DNA of 13,589 bases from Candidatus Asbonarchaeum danakilense (GTDB lineage: Archaea > Nanohalarchaeota > Nanosalinia > Nanosalinales > Nanoanaerosalinaceae): NCBI GenBank assembly GCA_034190465.1, contig JAXINV010000010.1, positions 1-13,589 on the forward strand, read 5' to 3'. Positions 8,029 to 13,589 of the stretch are shown piece after piece. How positions within the stretch are numbered: position 1 is the stretch's first letter; the number at the start of each line of letters is the position of its first letter. Under the pieces are notes generated by a model. It made no database searches and had not been told where the DNA came from. It saw only the letters and a list, made by a program, of their open reading frames with translations. The translations under genes and the position numbers were made by a program.

Positions 8029-8238
8029 ATGACGGAGGACGACCTCGCACGGCAGGTCCACGAACTGCTCCGGGAGTCGGGGTCGCCGCTGTCGACGAAG
8101 GCGGTGGCGGACCGGCTGGACGTGGACTGGCACACGGCGAAGAAGCGGCTGGAACGGCTGGCGGACGAGGGCAAGGCGCACAGGAAGCAGTTCCGCAGCA
8201 ATATGACGCTGTGGTGGGACAAGGAGATACCGCTCTAG
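8029..8238 (+). CDS. Small winged helix-turn-helix DNA-binding protein (69 aa)
   Basis: PLSTKAVADRLDVDWHTAKKRLERLADEGK followed by a wing ending in LWW. TATA-like element about 25-30 bp upstream. Confidence 0.85.
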   Translation: MTEDDLARQVHELLRESGSPLSTKAVADRLDVDWHTAKKRLERLADEGKAHRKQFRSNMTLWWDKEIPL

Positions 8239-8621
8239 ACGAATGTGTCTGCTGTGACGTAGTGGAGGATGCTGTAGCCTGTCACCCCGGCGAACCCGTA
8301 CAGCCAGAGCGTCACGATGTCGCCTGACGTGATGGTGGTCATTAGGCCGTGGAGCCCACCGGCCAGCAGCCCGCCGCCAAGGACGAGTCCGATCACGTTG
8401 AACACAGTCACGTCCTCCCGGGAGAATCCGAATTCCTCATCGATGTCAGTTAGGGTTCCGGTTTCGATGTGATGCGTGATGAGATAACCGGACCAGCCCA
8501 TAAACGCCCCTGCCCAGGTCAGCGCAAAGTTGCCCTGGAATCCATTGTAGAGGGCGACGGCGAGGCCGAAGGTGGTGTACAGGATGCTGACTCCGAGTCC
8601 GAGTTCCCGTCGATCGATCAT
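8235..8621 (-). CDS. Four-TM hypothetical membrane protein with internal two-fold repeat
   Basis: Four Gly-rich hydrophobic segments, an acidic central loop and repeated GYxIxH. Convergent 4-bp stop overlap (CTAG) with the HTH gene. Confidence 0.75.
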   Translation of the reverse strand: MIDRRELGLGVSILYTTFGLAVALYNGFQGNFALTWAGAFMGWSGYLITHHIETGTLTDIDEEFGFSREDVTVFNVIGLVLGGGLLAGGLHGLMTTITSGDIVTLWLYGFAGVTGYSILHYVTADTFV

Positions 8622-8651
8622 ATCCGTAGGTGGCCTCTCCGTTTTTTTATT

Positions 8652-9521
8652 TTAATCGCCGTATATCTTGGTGAACAGGTCCTCGATTGAGTGCAGCTTG
8701 ACGTCGAAGATGTCGGTGTAATGGTGTTCTTTGACGTAGTTCTCTTCTTTGAGCATGGTGAGTGTGGTCTTGGAGAGCGGGACGTCCATAACCCGCCGCG
8801 CCCACGGGGCACCGAGCCGCGCGAGCACCATCGGGATATGGACCTTCCGCCTGTCCCACCCCTTCTTCTCGAGGATGATGTCGATGAGGTGTTCAAGGGA
8901 GACGATGCCGGGCCCTCCGACCTCGAAGGTGTCGTTGAGCGCGTCCTTGTTGCCGATGGCCTGGTCGATGATCGCGGCGAGGTCCTTGACATAGAGGGGC
9001 TGCAGCCGGTAGTCGCCGCTGCCGAGGACGGGTGCGACGGGAGCGTCCTCTATCTGATCGATCAACAGGTTGACGAACGAGTCGTCCTCGCCGAAGACGA
9101 CGGACGGCCGGAAGATGGTGTACGGGTGGCCTGACCCCTTGACACGTTCCTCGGCCTTGATCTTGGTCTCGAAGTACGGCGTGGAGGCGTTCTCGGCACC
9201 GAGCGCTGAGATGTAGATGAACTGGTCGAGGTCGTCGGCCTCGTCCAGCAGGTGCTGGGTGCCATCGACGTGGATTTTGCGGAAGTCGTCCTGGCTGCCC
9301 TGGATGATGCCGACCAGGTGGACGACGACATCGACGTCGTCGAGCTTGCCGGCGAGGGTCGCGGGATCGGTGATGTCGCCCCGGACGGGTTCGCCGCCGA
9401 GCTCTTCGACCACGTCCATGTCGTCGGGGTCGTAGACCATGCCCTTGACGTCGTGGTCCTCGACGAGTTTGGCGACGACGTTCCGCCCGATGAAACCGGC
9501 TGCACCTGTGACAAGGATCAT
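8652..9521 (-). CDS. NAD(P)-binding atypical SDR, NDUFA9-like epimerase/dehydratase family
   Basis: ILVTGAAGFIG Rossmann motif, VVHLVGII, FIYISALGA, YFETK, IFRPSVVFG, LQPLYVKDLA. Confidence 0.92.
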   Translation of the reverse strand: MILVTGAAGFIGRNVVAKLVEDHDVKGMVYDPDDMDVVEELGGEPVRGDITDPATLAGKLDDVDVVVHLVGIIQGSQDDFRKIHVDGTQHLLDEADDLDQFIYISALGAENASTPYFETKIKAEERVKGSGHPYTIFRPSVVFGEDDSFVNLLIDQIEDAPVAPVLGSGDYRLQPLYVKDLAAIIDQAIGNKDALNDTFEVGGPGIVSLEHLIDIILEKKGWDRRKVHIPMVLARLGAPWARRVMDVPLSKTTLTMLKEENYVKEHHYTDIFDVKLHSIEDLFTKIYGD

Positions 9522-9545
9522 GTACGTGTGTTGCCGGTCGCGGGA

Positions 9546-10718
9546 TTAAAGTGTGACGCCGAAGCTGTGGAGCAGGAAGGGGACGATGAGGCAGGCCATG
9601 CACAGGGTCATGGGCGCGTGCAGCCGGTGGCAGAGCAGGCCGACCCCTGTGGCGGCGGTGAGGATGGCCAGGCCGCCGGGCCCGGCGACGATACCGACGA
9701 GGACGGTAAGGAAGGAAAGGAGGCCGTTCGTCAGTCGCTCTTGGTCGAGCATGTTGTAGCCGGCGAGGACGTGGGGGAGCAGCACCTTTCCGATTATGTA
9801 GCTACCGCTGACGGCGATGAGGCTGGCCCCGACGACGAGGAGGAGTGTGCCGGTGTCGATCCGGACGAGCTGCTGGACGGCGATGGCTGCACCGGATCGA
9901 GGCCGCCCGATGGCGTACAGTGCGACGATGGAGACAAGGGCGTCAGCCGTGTTGATCCCGCCGAGCGCTGCGAGGAACTGGTGCCGGTCCAGGTACCGTG
10001 CGAACAGCGCGACGGTGGCGGAGGGTCCGAGACCAGGGAGGATCCCGGCCAGAATGCCGGCCAGGCTCCCGATCGCCGAGCCCCTGGCCGGGAGGACGAC
10101 GGCGTCGTCCGGCGGCTCCTGCTCCGGCACCTCGCCGCCCCGCGACGCGACCAGGACCGGTACACCGAACAGCCCGGTGAACAAAGGGAACAGCGCCTCC
10201 TCCGAGGGGAGCGGTGCCGTCAATGTCAGCATCCCGACCACGCTTGATAACACCGTTATCCCGAGCGCGATGTGGACCCGGTCTGCGTCGATCACCATCA
10301 CTCCGAACACCACACTGACGAGGAACGGGAGGTACGGCCCGGCGAGCTGGTAGAGCGGGCCGAGGATGAGGAGCAGGACGGGGAGGCTGAGGACGGTGAG
10401 CGTGGTGGCGCGGAGGCCGCCGTTGATGGTGGTAGCGGCGGCTGTGAAGCCGTTGCCTTGGAGCAGCATCTGTTTGCCGGGCAGTGCGGCGAGGGCTGAG
10501 TCCTGGTCGGGGACGCCGATGAGGATGGCGGGGATGTGGTTGAGGACGCTGTGCGCGGTGGCTGCGGCTGCGATGAGTGGCAGGGCTGTGCCGGGCGGGA
10601 GGTCGAGGAGGAGTGGGAGGCTGATGGCGATGAGGGTGTTGGGATGGATGCCGGGTGTGAGGCCGGTGACGACCCCGACGCCGGTGCCGAGGACTGTGAG
10701 GGCCAGGACGGCCAGCAT
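9546..10718 (-). CDS. Tripartite tricarboxylate transporter TctA-like / DUF112 permease (390 aa)
   Basis: GLTPGIHPN, IPAILIGVPD...ALPG, PLFTGLFG, GILPGLGP and GRPRSG motifs. Start placed at ATG 10718, with TATAAA at 10743-10748. Confidence 0.88.
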   Translation of the reverse strand: MLAVLALTVLGTGVGVVTGLTPGIHPNTLIAISLPLLLDLPPGTALPLIAAAATAHSVLNHIPAILIGVPDQDSALAALPGKQMLLQGNGFTAAATTINGGLRATTLTVLSLPVLLLILGPLYQLAGPYLPFLVSVVFGVMVIDADRVHIALGITVLSSVVGMLTLTAPLPSEEALFPLFTGLFGVPVLVASRGGEVPEQEPPDDAVVLPARGSAIGSLAGILAGILPGLGPSATVALFARYLDRHQFLAALGGINTADALVSIVALYAIGRPRSGAAIAVQQLVRIDTGTLLLVVGASLIAVSGSYIIGKVLLPHVLAGYNMLDQERLTNGLLSFLTVLVGIVAGPGGLAILTAATGVGLLCHRLHAPMTLCMACLIVPFLLHSFGVTL

Positions 10719-10742
10719 GCGAGGATCTGGGACGGGAAACGG

Positions 10743-10748
10743 TTTATA
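10743..10748 (-). promoter_or_regulatory. TATA box of the tctA-like gene
   Basis: TATAAA 25-30 bp upstream of ATG 10718. Confidence 0.65.
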
Positions 10749-10796
10749 CTGGGCTGCTGGTTCCGCCTCGCTCGGCTGCTGGAAGGGGATGCATGA

Positions 10797-10803
10797 TTTA
10801 AAA
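10797..10803 (+). promoter_or_regulatory. TATA box of nac
   Basis: TTTAAAA 25-31 bp upstream of ATG 10828. Confidence 0.65.
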
Positions 10804-10827
10804 GCTGCTGCCGCATGGTGCGGTACA

Positions 10828-11139
10828 ATGTTCAATCCGCAGAATATGCAGAAGATGATGGAGCAGATGGGCATGGACATGGAGGAAGTCGGTGCGAAAC
10901 GCGTCGTGGTCGATCTCGGCGATGAGGAGATGGTGTTCGAAAAGCCGGAGCTGAACAAGATCAAGGTGAAGGGCAAGGAGATGTTCCAGCTCCAGGGCGA
11001 TTACTCCACGCAGGCGAAGGGCCCGTCACAGGAGGACGTGAAGATGGTCGCTGAGAAGGCGGATGTCTCCGAGGACGAGGCACGGAAGGCGCTCCAGGAG
11101 CACGACGAGCCGGCGGACGCGATCATGAGCCTGCAGTAG
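10828..11139 (+). CDS. nac: Nascent polypeptide-associated complex protein (103 aa)
   Basis: MFNPQNMQKMMEQMGMDMEEV... NAC domain and C-terminal UBA-like EDVKMVAEKADVSEDEARKALQE...ADAIMSL. Confidence 0.95.
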   Translation: MFNPQNMQKMMEQMGMDMEEVGAKRVVVDLGDEEMVFEKPELNKIKVKGKEMFQLQGDYSTQAKGPSQEDVKMVAEKADVSEDEARKALQEHDEPADAIMSLQ

Positions 11140-11148
11140 GCTCGTCGG

Positions 11149-11169
11149 TTCTCTTTTCTTTCTTGTTCT
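11149..11169 (+). terminator. Oligo-T/pyrimidine tract, probable nac terminator
   Basis: ttctcttttctttcttgttct, 10 bp after the nac stop, between convergent genes. Confidence 0.6.
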
Positions 11170-11178
11170 GATAAGCGG

Positions 11179-11700
11179 TTATTCCTGGCCTGAAACGTTG
11201 ACGGTGGTGACTGGTGTGCCGTCGTGGAGGATGCGGAGCTTCTGGATGGTGGTTGGGGTGGTGAGGTGGGCGGTGTAGGTTTGCTGCCAGTCGCCGGTGC
11301 CGCCGGGTGCGGTGTCGCTAGCGCAGGCGACCTGGGCGGTGCCGAGGCGGTGGGGCTGTGAGGTGATGAAGAGGAGGAGTGTGTCGTGGATCTGGAGGAG
11401 GTCGGTGGTGAGGTCGATGTCGTCGGCGCCGTACTGTGGCTGGATCCTGCCGTGGAGGGTGACCTGGTGGCTGCCCTGTTGTGTCGTGACTGTGGCGGTG
11501 GCGTTGCCGGGGCCGTACGAGCAGACACGTTCCGTGGTGAACCTGGTGAGCGAAGCGTCGGGCAGGGGGTTGACGCCCTGGTTCGTGTAGAGCAGGGGGA
11601 AGCCGGCGCTGTACTGTATGACAGCAGCTGTCAGGAGTACGAGCCCTGCCAGACCAATGACGAGGTATTTACAGTTTGATTCTTCTTGTATCCCGTTCAT
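11179..11700 (-). CDS. N-terminally membrane-anchored exported protein, Thr-rich beta domain (173 aa)
   Basis: TM YLVIGLAGLVLLTAAVIQY, two extracellular Cys, sequons NAT and NVS. ATGA overlap with the protease stop. Confidence 0.72.
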   Translation of the reverse strand: MNGIQEESNCKYLVIGLAGLVLLTAAVIQYSAGFPLLYTNQGVNPLPDASLTRFTTERVCSYGPGNATATVTTQQGSHQVTLHGRIQPQYGADDIDLTTDLLQIHDTLLLFITSQPHRLGTAQVACASDTAPGGTGDWQQTYTAHLTTPTTIQKLRILHDGTPVTTVNVSGQE

Positions 11701-12866
11701 GGGGTCATAAAGTTTCCGTCAAGGACTTCTTCTGTCCTTTCTGCTGAAGTTCCAACGGTCCCATTTCCATTATAATCGCCACGAATGACTCCAGCCATGT
11801 AGGCATCACCGTCAGAAATCCGGAAAATAGGACCTCCTGAATCTCCACCTTGTGTGAGTGTAGAGTCACCGACTACGATGCTGTTCAGGTTTCCGTATAT
11901 TCCCTCTATGATTTCGCTTACATAGTCATGATCACGGCAGGTGTTATCTCCCTGAAGGTGAAGGTGCCAGTCTGTATTGCCTTTCTGTTCTCTGAGTTCT
12001 TGATTACTGATTTTGCCCTTTACTGGAAGATCCTTGTTGTCGCTATAATCCTTATTTGCAATCCAGGGGACAGGGACTTCATTGGATTGCTCCTCTATGT
12101 AGGCCACATCAATGTCGTTGAAGGCTGTCTTGACGTATTCTTTTGATTCACCGATAAAGGCGGTTCCCGATACCGCGTACTCGGCAATAGGGTTACCGGT
12201 ATCATTTACGACATGAGCGGCAGTTGCCCAACCCTGGCCGTGTTCAGGATGATAATACGACGCGGCTGCTGTTCCCACTTCTTCAGAATTTAGTTCTGTT
12301 ATAGGCGCACCTCCGGGCACCTCTGTATACAGTTTATCCTCATATTGGCAGACCTGTTCATTTACCTTGTGTTCAGCGACTTCTAATGGGATGTCTGGTT
12401 TGCCGGTTAGTACTTGGCTCTGTAACTCTTCTAGGGAACTCTTGAGAAATTCTTCTGAGACCGGCCCCTCCTCGTCATACATTACTTTTATTTTTTCGTC
12501 AGTTGGGCTAGAGTTGTCATCGGTTATAGACAATAGAACTCCCTCTTCCGGACTAAAATGCTGCTGTAAGTATTTTCGTGTCTTTTGGACAGCTTGATCA
12601 GTCTGGCGGTGTTTCCTCCAGGTTTCCTTGCCAATAACGTTATAGAAGGGGTCTTTTTCGATGAGCTGTCCTTTATCGTCTGTGACATAATCCCATCCAG
12701 CCACGTACGGTACTTCTTCCTGTGGGTTATACGTAATGTCGCCGATCTGGGCTTTGTCTTCGCTGATAAAATCAATTGCACTGGCAGAGATGCCGAGTGC
12801 GCCTGCGGATTTGAGGAAGGTTCGTCGATCCATGTCGAGGTCGTTGCCGGTTGTGTCGTCAGTCAT
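11697..12866 (-). CDS. Tat-signal chymotrypsin/trypsin-fold (S1-like) serine protease with probable pro-region
   Basis: Twin-arginine DRRTFLK and catalytic triad motifs in the correct order: WATAAHVV, DIDVAYI, QGGDSGGP. Confidence 0.88.
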   Translation of the reverse strand: MTDDTTGNDLDMDRRTFLKSAGALGISASAIDFISEDKAQIGDITYNPQEEVPYVAGWDYVTDDKGQLIEKDPFYNVIGKETWRKHRQTDQAVQKTRKYLQQHFSPEEGVLLSITDDNSSPTDEKIKVMYDEEGPVSEEFLKSSLEELQSQVLTGKPDIPLEVAEHKVNEQVCQYEDKLYTEVPGGAPITELNSEEVGTAAASYYHPEHGQGWATAAHVVNDTGNPIAEYAVSGTAFIGESKEYVKTAFNDIDVAYIEEQSNEVPVPWIANKDYSDNKDLPVKGKISNQELREQKGNTDWHLHLQGDNTCRDHDYVSEIIEGIYGNLNSIVVGDSTLTQGGDSGGPIFRISDGDAYMAGVIRGDYNGNGTVGTSAERTEEVLDGNFMTP

Positions 12867-12925
12867 CGGTGAACTGCCACCGGATACAAACTGGTCTCTC
12901 TCTCTGGTACAAAAAAGGTTGGGAA

Positions 12926-12947
12926 AACTTAAACAACTCTTTAAGTT
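12926..12947. promoter_or_regulatory. 8-6-8 inverted repeat upstream of the protease gene
   Basis: aacttaaa-caactc-tttaagtt. Confidence 0.55.
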
Positions 12948-12985
12948 GGGTGGTGCAACTGTCTCTTTTGCCTTTTTCCGTTCTT

Positions 12986-13588
12986 CTACCTAGTCACGTT
13001 GGACGTTACCGTGGAGTTTGGACAGCCGACGGCGAACGCTTTGACGGTCTGGACAGGTTGTCCGGAGTGAAGCGAGATGTTTGCTGTGTCGTCGATCAGC
13101 AGTTCTCCTGCTTCGGTGGTCGTCGCCGTATCGCTCTTGACTGTCAGGAGGAAGGAGAATGTCGTTGAACCTGTGTTCAGGAGATTGACGGTCGTGTTTC
13201 CTGTCTCCTGGTTGTAGATGGCGCTGGTGATTCTGAAATCGGTCCGTTCGCACCTCGTGGCGTTGGTGGGACGGGATGTCGGGAGCAGGGCGTTGGCCTG
13301 CCGCTGCCAGTCGATGGTGGTTTCGAAGGTACCGCAGCCGACACCGGGCCTGACAGGATGGATCTCCGGGCTGCCGTGGAGGGCGAGGATGTAGTACGTG
13401 AAGGAGTCGTTGTAGGCCGTGCCGGCGGGGTTGATCGGCTCGCTGAAGGCGACCTGCAGGATGTTTTCTTTCCGGGCCTCTGCCAGGCAGGGACCCCAGT
13501 TCACGGCTTCCACCTGTTCGCCCTGGCCTGTGATCGCGGTGACGACGAGCTGGCGCAGCTCGGTGTAGTTCGGGCTTTCCGGGCTGAC
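12986..13588 (-). CDS. Exported glycoprotein-like protein, 5'-truncated; C-terminal domain resembles archaeal pilin-like beta domain
   Basis: The frame stays open from GTG 13513 to the window edge (VSPESPNYTELRQLVV...). Four Cys, seven N-x-S/T sequons, and C-terminal C..F.I.SA.Y....TV.L.NTG...CP pattern. Confidence 0.7.
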   Translation of the reverse strand, partial: VSPESPNYTELRQLVVTAITGQGEQVEAVNWGPCLAEARKENILQVAFSEPINPAGTAYNDSFTYYILALHGSPEIHPVRPGVGCGTFETTIDWQRQANALLPTSRPTNATRCERTDFRITSAIYNQETGNTTVNLLNTGSTTFSFLLTVKSDTATTTEAGELLIDDTANISLHSGQPVQTVKAFAVGCPNSTVTSNVTR

Positions 13589-13589
13589 C

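Noticed and set aside
6906..8222. N-terminal extension making a 615-aa ORF fused to the PH-SHOCT protein
   Set aside because: Antisense to the symporter and HTH genes; a TATA-like element supports the start at 6905.
9252..10247. 331-aa acidic plus-strand ORF
   Set aside because: Antisense to the SDR and TctA-like genes; its acidity comes from reverse-complemented GTC/CTC codons.
10366..10976. Long N-terminal extensions of NAC (from 10366) and TctA-like (from 10976)
   Set aside because: Each is antisense to the other gene; TATA boxes and family N-termini support starts at 10828 and 10718.
11650..12985. Mobile element call for the low-GC region
   Set aside because: No mobility gene, terminal inverted repeats or target-site duplication seen; reported only as a compositional anomaly.

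Overview
High-GC archaeal DNA with an acidic, halophile-type proteome and very compact gene packing; a Nanohaloarchaeota/DPANN-like genome is my inference, not a database result. The left half is a replication core on the minus strand: orc1/cdc6, PolD small subunit DP1, an inserted HAD phosphatase and PolD large subunit DP2. DP2 (2712 to the window edge) is missing from the ORF track because it has no stop in the window. Directly upstream of cdc6 is a likely replication origin: two inverted ORB boxes about 70 bp apart enclosing a purine/pyrimidine inverted repeat, plus a mini-ORB over the cdc6 promoter. The right half has mostly leaderless-looking housekeeping and accessory genes: PH+SHOCT protein, Na/Pi symporter, small wHTH, 4-TM protein, NDUFA9-like SDR, TctA/DUF112 permease and NAC. 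It ends with three exported-protein genes. The middle one is a Tat-signal chymotrypsin-fold serine protease whose low-GC body appears swapped in between a high-GC signal peptide and a translationally coupled membrane-anchored partner. This cassette is the best candidate for an undescribed system.
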